DNA of 64,000 bases, taken from Centroscyllium fabricii. Taxonomy: Eukaryota. The notes under the pieces were generated by a model that saw only the letters and a program-made list of their open reading frames with translations, ran no database searches and was not told the DNA's origin. Position 1 is the first letter of the stretch. Each line of letters starts with the position of its first letter. The stretch spans positions 2,294,001-2,358,000 of the forward strand of contig JBNRSN020000010.1 in the NCBI GenBank assembly GCA_051313645.2, in the 5' to 3' direction. A program made the position numbers and the translations under genes. Positions 12,901 through 23,700 of this stretch are shown piece by piece.

Positions 12901-13854
12901 GATGAAGTCCCACGTATACCTGTGGCCTGCTAGTTTAATGGTAAGCTGGCGGGTACCGAACGTGAGTATCTCGGAGCCGTTTGCGGCTTCCAGTGGTGGG
13001 CCTCGGGTGCCCTGCTTGGATTCTGCGGGGGAGGCTGGCACGATGCTGTGCTGCGCGCCTGTGTCGCAGAGGAAACGGAGGCCTGAGACACTGTCTGTAA
13101 CGAAGAGCAGCGCTCCGGAGCGGCCGACGCACATGGTGGGGCTGGGGCAGGTTTGGGGTTTGAAGTTGCAGGGCGGAACGCAGCGCTGCGCTTTGGCCTC
13201 AAACCTGGTATGGTAGTAGCACCAGCCAGTTGCCACGGTGCGTGGCTTTTTGTGGGTCCGCGCGGCACTGAGTTGGGGCCGGGGTTGTGGGTGGTGCTGC
13301 TCTTGTTGGGCGGCAGCGTGACGGTGCATGGTGGCGCGGGTGCGCTCGGCCTTAATGAGCTTGTCTGCCTCCTGAGCTAACTGCCTGTTTGAGAGGTGCT
13401 CCAAGACCGTCAGTGTCGGTCTGATGGAGGGCGGCAGCTTAAGGAGGTAGAGGGCGCGCTTAAGGGTGTCTGAGTCGCGATTGAGCGCCTCGAACTGGGC
13501 CCACAAGTCGGTGGGGTCTGCATCTCCCAGGTCGGGGAGGTTAATGACCTGGCAATCGCGCTCGAAAATGGTTGGGGTGAATTTTGCGAGCAGCGCGGCC
13601 TTTAGTGATTCGTACCTGCCAGCAGAAGTGTCTTCCTCGATGGTGTCCCACATTCTGTCGATGGTGGACTGTGCGAGGGCTGCGAAGAGCAGGCTGTAGC
13701 GGTCGTCTGCGTGCACGCCATGGATGTGGAAGGTGTTCTCGGTGTTGCGAAACCAAGCCGCTGGACGGAGCTCCCAGAATTGTGGTATGGTTGGGACTGG
13801 GAGGTAAACTTGGCCCCGTCTGCTTTGGCGTGCTGAGTCGTTTGCTGCTGGCAT
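9907..13854 (-). CDS. gag-pol: Gypsy Gag-Pol polyprotein, 1315 aa (Gag CHCC knuckle, aspartic protease, RT, RNase H, integrase)
   Basis: CYYHTRFEAKAQRCVPPC (CX2HX9CX3C), protease FLCDTGA, RT MPFGLKNA and YLDD, RNase H TDAS and DRELLA, integrase H-H/CNAC zinc motif, SDRGPQF, HPQANGLCER and GPF motif. No stop or frameshift. Start context ACCACCATG. Confidence 0.97.
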   Translation of the reverse strand: MPAANDSARQSRRGQVYLPVPTIPQFWELRPAAWFRNTENTFHIHGVHADDRYSLLFAALAQSTIDRMWDTIEEDTSAGRYESLKAALLAKFTPTIFERDCQVINLPDLGDADPTDLWAQFEALNRDSDTLKRALYLLKLPPSIRPTLTVLEHLSNRQLAQEADKLIKAERTRATMHRHAAAQQEQHHPQPRPQLSAARTHKKPRTVATGWCYYHTRFEAKAQRCVPPCNFKPQTCPSPTMCVGRSGALLFVTDSVSGLRFLCDTGAQHSIVPASPAESKQGTRGPPLEAANGSEILTFGTRQLTIKLAGHRYTWDFITAQVNTPLLGADFLCAHGLLVDVTRRRLVDIQIMSTIPCSTAPAHQTHTAAHCRARNSDTYATLLAEFPTLTNPTFTARSAKHGVEHHITTTGPPVHAHSRRLDPAKLEIARAEFHIMEQLGIIRRSSRPWASPLHIAPKPDGGWRPCGDYRRLNNATTPDRYPVPHIQDFSVRLAGCTVFSKIDLVRGYHQVPVHPADVPKTAVIIPFGLFEFLRMPFGLKNAAQAFQRLMDSVLRDLQFTFVYLDDILVASASPREHLIHLRTLFKRLADHGLILSPSKCRFGLEAIDSLGHHISHTGAIPLPSKVQAVQEFPRPHSIKGLQEFLGMVNFYNRFIPGAAALMAPLYQATHGQSNKTAVEWTAEAATAFTATKTALAKATLLSHPRPNARVALTTDASDHAVGAVFEQWSGDSWQPLAFFSRRLRPPEVKYSAFDRELLALYLAVRHFRFLLEGRHFTAFVDHKPLVSAMAKLSEPWSARQQRQLAAVSEFTTDIQHIAGRDNVVADCLSRPAIHKPNPDHPAGPAISSAGTTSTQTADHPPTPATNRACAHCCAFPTTNTVQTAVDYVKMAADQLSDPDLLDPTNKLPGLLLATVAHGPTATAVRCDVTLPQPRPVVPPAWRQHIFQALHGLSHPGVRASTKLISARFVWRGLKQDVRAWTTSCNACQRAKVHKHIKAPLQPIAIPARRFSHVHIDLVGPLPPSRGHSYLLTMVDRTTRWPEAVPLNTTTTAELARAFIATWVARFGVPNDITSDRGPQFTSTLWSTIAHDLGVTLHRTTAYHPQANGLCERFHRTFKTSLRASLQDATWTDRLPWVMLGLRSAAKEDLHASAAELVYGQPLTVPGEFVAETTEPWSAERCLREFNNQAAEFKPLPVARHGQPATRVPNNIQDAKYVFVRHDSHKAPLQAPYDGPFRVLRAGPKTFDIQMGNRTETVSIDRLKPAHVMAGETTVPTQPPKRGRPTAPKPAHTPTQTNKQHITRAGRTIRPPKRLA

Positions 13855-13937
13855 GGTGGTAGCGATTCGGCTGCGGCAGCTTGGCCCTCAGTCCTGCAGT
13901 GGCTGCTTCATTGTTCACCTGAGAAACGTCTCAGGTA

Positions 13938-13949
13938 TCGGGGTCACCA
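13938..13949 (-). other. Primer binding site complementary to the tRNA-Trp 3' end
   Basis: Minus strand TGGTGACCCCGA lies one base after the 5' LTR. It equals the first 12 nt of the known tRNA-Trp PBS (TGGTGACCCCGACGTGAT). Confidence 0.88.
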
Positions 13950-13950
13950 G

Positions 13951-14228
13951 TGTTGAGGCCTGCAAGGCTGAAGGACCACGCTGGACACAGAGAGGTTAAA
14001 AGCAGAGTTTTTATTAACTACTTGTTACAGCTAGGGCCAGGTAGGTAGAAAGAGACTGAGCCTCCTGGTGCTCAGGTATTTAAAGGTCCCGCCGCTGGGG
14101 ACGTCACTGCCGGCTGGCCACCTGGTGACGTCATCACGTCGGGGAAGTCCGTGCGTCCTCCGACGGGCAGGGCCGCTTTGCAGCCTTCCCAGCGCGGGTT
14201 CGTGGCTGCCGGTGGGCGTGCCGCCACA
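13951..14228 (-). repeat. 5' LTR (278 bp)
   Basis: tgttgaggcc...gccgccaca, adjacent to the PBS and followed by the TSD gatt. Confidence 0.96.
14010..14172 (-). promoter_or_regulatory. LTR promoter and polyadenylation signals
   Basis: In element orientation: GC box (perfect gggcgggg in the 3' LTR at 9631, gggcaggg here), palindromic CRE TGACGTCA at 14126-14133, TATA-like TTTAAATA at 14077-14084 and AATAAA at 14010-14015. This is the expected U3-R order. Confidence 0.65.
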
Positions 14229-15699
14229 GATTCATGAATACAACCAATCATACATTCAACAACTCCCCACTGTCCGTTCACACATGCAGCTTACCATCCA
14301 ACACTCCCTTCAATCATTCTTGTATCGATTGAATAACCATCCATTCATCACAGTCTCCAACTATCCACAAATCCATCCATTTACTCAGCTACGGTCTCCA
14401 TTCTTTAATCCCTCCGGGATTGATCCACCTCTCCATCCAACATTGCCTCCGATCATCAATCACTCAATACATTGATTTCCAATCATCCATTACTCCCTGC
14501 AATCATTAATTTCTTCATCAATGTATGTTTTCATTCAAACTCCCGCCAATTCAAAATCTCTTATTGAATAATCCATCATTCATCTATCCATCACCTCCAC
14601 CAGTCATCCAACAATTCAACAATGATCTATCCAGGATTCCTTCCAAATAACCATCAATCAGACAGCCATCCCTTCAACCATTCATCCATCCATTGAACCA
14701 CCCATCTCTGTGTCCGTCAATCCCGCAAACATTCATTCATCCAGCCTTCTAAGGAAACCTCCATTCTAATATTCCATAATCCATCCATGCAAACAATTAC
14801 ATATTCAACTCTCCCTCCATTCATTGACATCGCCACACTTTGAACCAACCATTAATCTAAATATCCCTTCATTCATTCATTAATCCATTTATTAATTCAA
14901 CTACCTGTCCATCCCAAACATGTGAGCAAGCGTCCACCCATTCAACTTCCCATCCAGCAAACTCTCCCTCCATTCATTAATCACTCCGCTCATTCAACAT
15001 CCTGTTATTCACCCATTCCCTTATTTCGCCCCTTTATCAGTTCAGTAAACTTTCCATGCAACAATCCCTATGATAAGCGGGCCAGCTATCCAGCACACCT
15101 GTCATTCATTACTATATCCGTTCAACTGCACATCCATTTCACAATTCCTCTTATCAAACTCCCATCCACACAAATACCTCTCCATTCCAAATCTCTATAT
15201 TCATTATGCTCTCAAATCGACAACTAATCCGTTCAGCATGCCCTTGATTCTTTCATCACACCATAAAATCAACCAACTCACCATCCAGCACTCCTCGCAA
15301 ACATCCATCCAGCCACTCGAACATCTGGCACTCCAGCGCTCCCTTCCATCATTCATCCATCCATTGGAAAATGCCACTATTCACCCCTCTATCCAAACAT
15401 CCGACAATCCATCCATAAAACCAATTGTTCTTTCAGCTCTGCCTCCATTCATTCACATCGCCAATCTTTATAACACCCCACCAATGGCCCCTCCATTCAT
15501 TCATCACTTTATCAATTCAACTACATTCCCATACCAAAATTCTGCCCAATAATCCATTCAATCAAATTACCACCCATCCAACTCACCCTACATGCATTTA
15601 TCTCCAATTAGTTCAAACACCCTCTGATCCATCTTCCACACCATTTATTCATCCCTTTGTTAATTAACCTGCCTTTCTACCCAACAATCTCTCCGATCA

Positions 15700-16095
15700 G
15701 GGTGGCACGGTGGCAGTGCTTTGCACTGTTGACTCACAGCACTGGAGACCCGGGTTCAAATCCAGCCTCGGGTACTATCTGTGTGGAGTTTGCACATTCT
15801 CCCGTGTCTGCGTGGTTTTCCTTCGGGTGTTCCGGTTTCCTCCCACCGTCCAAATGTGCGGGTTAGGTTGATTGGCCAGGATAAATTGACCCTTAGTGTT
15901 TGGGGGATTGAATATGTGGGGTTACGGGGATAGGGTGGGATATGTGTCGGTGCAGGCTCGATAGGGATCGAGGGATATGGGGGAGCGCAGGGGCGGGGTG
16001 CTGGGTTTGGATGATCAGCCATGATCTCATTGAATGGCGGAGCAGGCTCGAAGGGCCGAATGGCCTACTCCTGCTCCAAGTTTCTATGTTTCTAT
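15700..16095 (+). mobile_element. Full-length HE1/V-type SINE
   Basis: Same head, core and CR1 tail as the 6292 copy, ending in (tttctatg)n. ATCA on both flanks. Empty site ctccgatcaaccagcc at ~2932-2947. Confidence 0.9.
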
Positions 16096-17677
16096 CAACC
16101 AGCCAAACAACCATCAATCACTTCATTAATTCATCCCTACATCCATTAAACTACGTGCCCATCTCATCCGTCTAATCAATAATCCATCCACATAAACACT
16201 TCTCTATTTAAAACGTCTACTCTAAATCGAATGACCATCAGCCCAGCACACACACTATTGTTCCAGCCCTCCACAAATTCAACCACTTCTCAAACCAACA
16301 ATCCTTCCAATCATCAATCCATACACTGAACCATTCACTCAAGATTCACACCAAACATACACTGATTTAAAATAATACAACACGCTCTACAATCTTCCCT
16401 GTAGACATCCATCTATTCAGTCATTCATTCAAACAGTCATCCATTTAACAAATATTCCATTATTCATTGTCTTCTTTTTCCTCGCCATTATTCATCAAAT
16501 CTACCAATCATCCATTCAACAACTCTCCAACCAGTATTTCTTCCAAACATATGTCCATCCAGGCACGGACCTGGCCACCCAACGCTCCCTTCAATCATTC
16601 ATCTATCGATTGAAGCACCATCCATTCATCACTCTCTGCATCCATCCAATTATCCATCCATTCACTCAACTGCGGTCTCTATTATTTAATCCTTCCAAAA
16701 TTGAACCACCTCTCCATCGAAAATTGCATCCAATCATAAACCACTCAATACACTGATTGCCAGTCATCTAATGCACACGGCAATCATTTATGTTTTCTTC
16801 CATTTATGCATTCATTCAAACTCCTGTCCATTCAAAACCTCATTGAATAATCCATCATCCTCAATCCATCACCTCCACCAGTCATCCACACAATAGCGCC
16901 CATTCCAACATTGCTTCCAGATCTTTATCAACCAACTGACCATATCTTCAGTCATTCATCCATCCATTCAAACACTCAGCCATCCATTACTCCTTCCAAC
17001 CATTCAACTATCCATCAGTCCAAACAGCCTTCTATGCAAACCTCCGATCAAATACCATAATCTATCCAATCAACCAATTATCAATTCCACTCTCCCTCCA
17101 TTCATTGACATTGTCATACTTTAAACCACCCATTAATCTAAATTCCCCTTGATTCATTTATCTCTTCATTATTTCAAACGTATTTCCATCCCACAAATCT
17201 GATCTATCGTCCATTCTTTCAACTTTCCATCTATCCAACTCTCCCTCCATACATTCAACTCTCCACTCATTCAACCACCCATCCATACCCAATTCCATTA
17301 TTTCTTCCCTTTATCAGTTCAGCTACCTTTCCATCCAACAATCCCTGTGATAACCACCCCAGCAATCCACCACTCGCTTCATTCATTTATTCAGTCATCT
17401 CTAAATCCTCAGCTGAATATCCTCTCAATTCCTCCTATTAAACTCCAAGCCGCACAAATACCTCTCTATTCAAAATATCTGTATTCATTCTACTCCGAAT
17501 AGATAACTCATCCATCCAGTAAGTCCTTGAGGCTTTCCTGCCTCCATATGTTCAGTCATCGCTCCATGCAGCATTCTGTTCAATCATGAATTTACCCATT
17601 GACAGAACCATCCGTTGATCCAGCATTGCCTCCAAAGATCAGCCAGTCCATCCAGTAATGTCCAATCATTCAACATT

Positions 17678-18401
17678 CATAAGAACATAACATAAGAAAT
17701 AGGAGCAGGAGTAGGCCAATCGGCCCCTCGAGCCTGCTCCGCCATTCAACAAGATCATGGCTGATCTGATCCCAACCTCAATTTTATTTTTACTCTCCAC
17801 CCCGCCCAGACCAATGTGATCACCTGGGAGAGGTGAAAAACCAGATAGAAAAAAAAAAGTAGCCAATTTTGTAGAAAAAAAATCAGGAAAATTCCTCTCC
17901 GACCCATCTAGGCGATCGAAAATTGGTCCAGGAGATCACATGGCCGATCTGAACCTAGCCTCACGTCCACTTACCAGCCCGTTCACCATAACCCCTAATT
18001 CCCTTTAATTCCAGGAAACTGTCTATCTCAGTTTTAAATTTATTCAACGTAGCAGCTTCTATAGCTCTCTGGGGCAGCAAATTCCACAGCCGCACCACCC
18101 TCTGAGTGAAGAAGTTCCCCCTCATCTCAGTTTTGAAATGGGAGCCCCTTATTTTAAGATTATGCCCCCTAGTCCTAGTCTCACCCACCATTGGGAGCAT
18201 CCTAACCGCATCCACCCGATCAAGCCCTCTCACAATCTTATATATCTCAATAAGATCGCCCCTCATTCTTCTGAACTCCAATGAGTAGAGGCCCAATCCA
18301 CTCAGCCTCTCGTTATATGTTAGCCCCCTCATCCCCGAAATTAACCTAGTGAATCTTCTCTGCACTGCATCGAGAGCAAGTATGTCCTTTCTTAAATAGG
18401 G
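17678..18401 (-). mobile_element. 5'-truncated CR1 LINE (ORF2 C-terminus, long 3' UTR and (ttatgttc)n tail)
   Basis: Translation QRRFTRLISGMRGLTYNERL...RRMRGDLIEIYKI...TRTRGHNLKI...FFTQRVVRLWN is a typical CR1 ORF2 end. The CR1 3' hairpin region and microsatellite tail are present. Empty site near 4518. Confidence 0.93.
17961..18365 (-). pseudogene. CR1 ORF2 C-terminal fragment (134 aa, no RT core)
   Basis: The ORF track protein matches CR1 ORF2 C-terminal motifs and is truncated upstream. Confidence 0.85.
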
Positions 18402-19017
18402 ATTAAGAATATCCTCTCAATTCCCTACAATCATTCATCGATCCATCCTTCCATCTGTTCAATCATTCATTCAATCACTCATCCATCCCACCCCCCTGCT
18501 GTCCAATACTTATTCGATTATTCTTCGGTTCATCACAGCAACCTATCATCCAACCCACTCATGCAATACCACCCCGCTCAGCAATCCTTCCAAAAATCGA
18601 TCCATTCACTCCACCACCTGGGAGTACAGCACTGCATTCAATCATTGATCCATCTATTGAACCATCGATCCATCCATCACTCCATCTAACCAACCATCCA
18701 TTCACTCAATTAAGCTTCTATCCAATAATCCTGCCGAACACCCGACAATCCATCAATTCAACAAATTCTCCATCAATGTTTCCCTCCATCGTTTCAAATC
18801 AGCATTGATTTAACCACCGGTCCATTCAACTTCCCATCAATTCATTCATTCCTTTATCAGTTAAACAGCCTGCCCATCCCACAATCTATCTGATCAACCA
18901 CCCATCCATCCAACACTCTCTTGGTTCATTTAACCTTTCATCCATTTAACCAAAGTTCCACACATCACTCCCTGACTTAATTCATCCCTTTCTCCGTCAA
19001 ATATTATCTCTAACCAA

Positions 19018-19111
19018 CCACACACCACAGCTCATACGGAATAAGGGCGGCACTACATTGAGGGCCCAACAGCCTGTACAGTGCTGTATGTTCTATGTTC
19101 TATGTTCTATG
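19018..19111 (+). mobile_element. Very short CR1 3'-end insertion with 5' filler
   Basis: ggcactacattgagggcccaacagcctgtacagtgctgtatg(ttctatg)3. Absent from paralogous sites at ~5115 and ~28228. Confidence 0.8.
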
Positions 19112-20300
19112 TATACCACACAAACTCCTCGCTTCCTTACACACTCACTAATGACTCTACCCTTACACCACAGCTCATAAATCCAGTGCACCTTCTAATC
19201 TTTCATCCCCCATTGACTCGAACACCTCTCCTTCCAACATTTTCTCCAATCTTTATACAATCCATCCACTGATATGCAATCGTCGAATACTGCCTACTGT
19301 AATTCATTTTTCTTTCCATTAATGCCTTCACTCATCCTTTCATCCCTTCAACACCTCTTTTCAATATCCATCATGCATCTATGCATCACCTCAACCAATC
19401 ACTCATCGATATATATCTTCACCCTCCAACCATCCAACCATCCATCCAAACATTATTCTATCCAACCCTCCCTCCAAACATACCGCAGATCTTCCATTCA
19501 AGCAAATATCCATTCAAATCTACCTCCATTTATTCATCATTGTTATTCTTCAAATCACTCATCCAACGAAAGTCCCCTTTACACATTCATCCCTTTATCA
19601 ATTCAACCACCTTTCCATCCCAAAGTTCTTACCAATAATCTGCCCAATGAAGTAAACATCCACCCAAATTTGCCAACATGCATTTATCATCCACACATTC
19701 AACCACTCTCTTGTTCAACTTCCACACCATTCATTCATCTGTTTATCAATTAACCTGCCTTTCTATCCAGCAATTTCTCTGTACAACCACCCAAAATCTA
19801 TACTCCCTTCATTCATACATCCCTAGTTACATATCCCTCTCAAAATCCCTCTAATCATTCTCCCATCCACACAAACAGCACTCTATCCAAATAACTATGC
19901 ATTCTACTCTCAATTGACATCTCGTGCATCCATCCAAAGGTCATTTATTTATTTATTTAACCCTCCATAAATTATAACGTCTTTCCTTCCAACATTGCCT
20001 CCAATAATCATTCAAACCATTCAAAACTCCACCCAAACATCAATCAATGCAATCAATAAATCTTTCATTCATCCAACAGCGCCTTCAGTCATAAATAAAT
20101 CCACACATTAAAACTTTCATTTATTCAACATTGCCTCCATTCATCATTAAGTCCACCACTGGTTATCAATATCCAATACTCGCTGCAATTATTCATTCTT
20201 TCATCGATTTATGCATTCATTCAAACTCTCATCCATTCAAAACCTATTCAATTCAATAATCCATCATGCATCGATCCATCACATCCACCAGTCATACCAC

Positions 20301-20703
20301 GGGCGGCACGGTGGCATAGTGGTTAGCACTGTTGCCTCAGAGCACTAGAGACACGGGTTCAAATCCGGCCTCGCGTACTATCTGTGTGGAGATTGCACAT
20401 TCTCTGTGTCTGCATGGGTTTCCTCCGGGTGCTCGGGTTTCCTCCCACAGTCCAAAGATGTGCGGGTTAGGTTCATTGGCCATGATAAATTGGCCCTTAG
20501 TGTTAGGGGGATTGAATGTGTGGGGTTATGGGGATTGGGTGCGATATGTGTCGGTGTAGGCTCACTAGGGATCGAGGAATATAGGGACAAGGCAGGGACA
20601 GGGTACTGGGTTGGATGATCAGCCATGATCTCATTCAATGGCGGAGCAGCCTCGATGGGCCGAATGGCGTACTCCTGCTCCTATCTTCTATGTCTATGTC
20701 TAT
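20301..20703 (+). mobile_element. HE1/V-type SINE, duplicated paralog of the 6292 insertion
   Basis: Same flanks (cagtcat...ac and tccattcaacaccacacc) and same (ctatgt)n tail. Confidence 0.9.
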
Positions 20704-23700
20704 CCATTCAACACCACACCATTCAGCACTCCTTCCAAATATCCATCTAGCCACTCAAATACCTGGCCCTCCAACACTCCCTTCAATCATTCCTGCTTCC
20801 ATTGGAAAACACATTTATCCATCGCTCCCGCCAAATATCCTACAATCCATCCATAGAACCAATTATCCAGTTAAGTCTACCTCCATTTATTCACATCACC
20901 ATTCTTTCAACCAGCCATCCAATGTCCCCTCCATTCATTCCTGTCCATTCAACTACTTGTCCCTTCCATTATTCAGACCAATAATCCATCCATTACGCAT
21001 AGAAATCCATTTAACTCTCACTCCATTCTTTGACATTGGCACACTTTGAAGCACCTAATCTAATTTCCCTTCCTTCATGAATCCCTATATTAATTTAAGT
21101 ACCTTTCATTGCCAAAATTTTGATCTATCTTCCATCCATTCAACTTCCCGTTTTGTCATCTCTCCCTTCATTCAATCTCTAGACTCATTAAAGCACCCAC
21201 TCATCTCCCACTTCATTAATTCATCCCTTTCTCAGTTCAACTATCTTTCCATCCAATAATCACTGTGATAACCAATCCAATCAACAATCTCTCCCTTCAT
21301 TCATTCAACCTTACATCCATTCAACTGCATATCCCTCCCACATTCCGCCATCCACACAAACACCTCTCTATCCAAATCTCTCTATTCATTCATCTCTCAA
21401 TCGACAACCCATGGATCCAGGACTCCATTTATTGTTTCATCCCTTCAATTATGCATTACCTCATCCACAGTACTAGCTGGTCACTCAGCATGGCCTCAAC
21501 GATCAGCCTATCCATTGAGTTATTTCCAATCATTCAACACCCCCAACAATCATTAATTTATCCATTCATCTATCTGTTCACTCATTCATTGAAGCACTCA
21601 CCCAGCCAACACCCCAGCTATCCATTAAGCATTCCATCTTTTCATCTATTCATCACAGCAAAATGTCATCCACTCACTGAAGAACTCCCCGCCCAGTAAA
21701 CCTTCCAAAGGTCCATCCATCCAGTCTACCACCTGGAAATCCAGCGCTGCATTCCGTCAGTCATTCATCTGTTGAACTTCAATCTATTCATCACTCCAAC
21801 TAATTATTGAAACACCCATTCATCCACTCGATCCAGCTTCTATCCAACACTCACACCAAACATCCCACAATCCAGCAATCAACACATTCTCTATTATATC
21901 CCCCTTCATTGCTTCACAGCTGCATTGAATAAACAATCAATAAGTTCAATTGCCCCTTTGAGTCATTCATCTCCAGCATTAAAATTGCCTGCCTATTACA
22001 GTCCCACTGATCAAACACCCAGCCGTCCAACACTCTATACATTCATGCTACAATCCCCGAAACCATATCTCCGAACCTAATTTCCCGGAATCACTCATCC
22101 ATTATCCATTCAATTGCCGACCCATCTCACAATCACTCTAATCGATCACACATCTACTCAACCTCCTCTCTATCCAGCACACTCACGATTGATTATATTC
22201 TCAAACCACAGCTCATCAAACCAGTGTGCCCATTAGTATTCTATGTCTCTCTATAGCCTACCGCCTTTCCATCCAATATTAACACCTATAATCATTCAGT
22301 CAATCCAAAAATTATTCCAAACATCAATCAATCAATCCAGTCAACAAACCTGCCATTCATTAAACAGCGCCTCGAGTCATAAATAAATCCATCCATTGAA
22401 AAGTCCACTTCCTCCAATCATCACTCAGTCCATCCACTGCTAATCAATAATCCAGTACAGCCTTCAATTATTCATTCTTCAATCGATCTATGGATTCATT
22501 CAAACTGTCATCCATTCAAAACCTATTCTATTCAATAATCCATCATTCATCTATCCAGCACCTACACCACTCATCCATCCATTTAGCACTGTGCCATCCA
22601 GCACACCTTCTAGACACCCATCCAGCCACTCAAAAACCTGGCCATCCAGCGCTCCCTTCAATCATTCATCGATCCATTGGATAACACTTCTATCCCACTC
22701 TCCCTGCAAACATCCCACAATCCATTCATCCAACTAATTATCCATTCAGCTCTCCCTCCATTCATTCACATCGCCACACTTTAAACCACCCATCCAAAGA
22801 CACCTCCGCTCATACATCCCTTTATCAATTCAACTTAATTTCCATCCCGAAATTCGGCCCAATAATCCATGTAACGAAATAAATAGCCATGTAACTCTCC
22901 AACATGCATTTATATACCATTCAAATAACCACACTCTCATTCAACTTAAATGCCATCCATTCATCGGCCTTTCAATTAAACTGCCTTTCGAACCAACAAT
23001 CTCTCTGGTCAATGAACCAACCATCCACCACTCCCTTTTTCATTCATCCCTACTTCCGTTAAATTATATGTCCATCTCTCAATCACTCGAATCAATAACC
23101 CATCCATTCAAAATCCCTATCCAGAACCTATCTAATCATTCTACTCTCAATCCAATGATCATCCAACCTGCACTCTCTCTATTGTTTCAGCCTTCCATAA
23201 ATTCACCCACTTCTCAATTCAACAATTCTTCCAATTATCTATCAATCCAAACACAGAACTAGTCGCTCAATATTCCCTCAAATCTTCAACTGACATACAA
23301 TTATTTCAACATTCACTGCAATATTTAATCTACAGTTATTCACTAATTCATTTAAATACTCCCCGCTATTCAATAATCATTACACTATTCATCGTGTGTT
23401 TATTGCCATTATTCATCGATTCATGAATACAACCAATCATACATTCAACAACTCCCCACTGTCCGTTCACACATGCAGCTTACCATCCAACACTCCCTTC
23501 AATCATTCTTGTATCGATTGAATAACCATCCATTCATCACAGTCTCCAACTATCCACACATCCATCCATTTACTCAGCTACGGTCTCCATTCTTTAATCC
23601 CTCCGGGATTGATCCACATCTCCATCCAACATTGCCTCCGATCATCAATCACTCAAAACATTGATTTCCAATCATCCATTACTCCCTGCAATCATTAATT

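Larger units (their letters stand above)
9417..14228 (-). mobile_element. Full-length Ty3/Gypsy LTR retrotransposon, CsRn1-like clade
   Basis: Two 278-bp TG...CA LTRs. 4-bp TSD GATT at 9413-9416 and 14229-14232, with the empty site (single GATT) at 23418-23421. PBS, PPT and one gag-pol ORF in PR-RT-RH-IN order. Confidence 0.97.

Noticed and set aside
10572-13918. Overlapping alternative-frame and antisense ORFs within gag-pol
   Set aside because: Expected shadow ORFs in GC-rich coding DNA, with no motifs.
17775-17960. Canonical hammerhead ribozyme in the CR1 UTR module
   Set aside because: No CUGAUGA...GAAA core in the proper arrangement on either strand. Kept only as an unclassified structured RNA.
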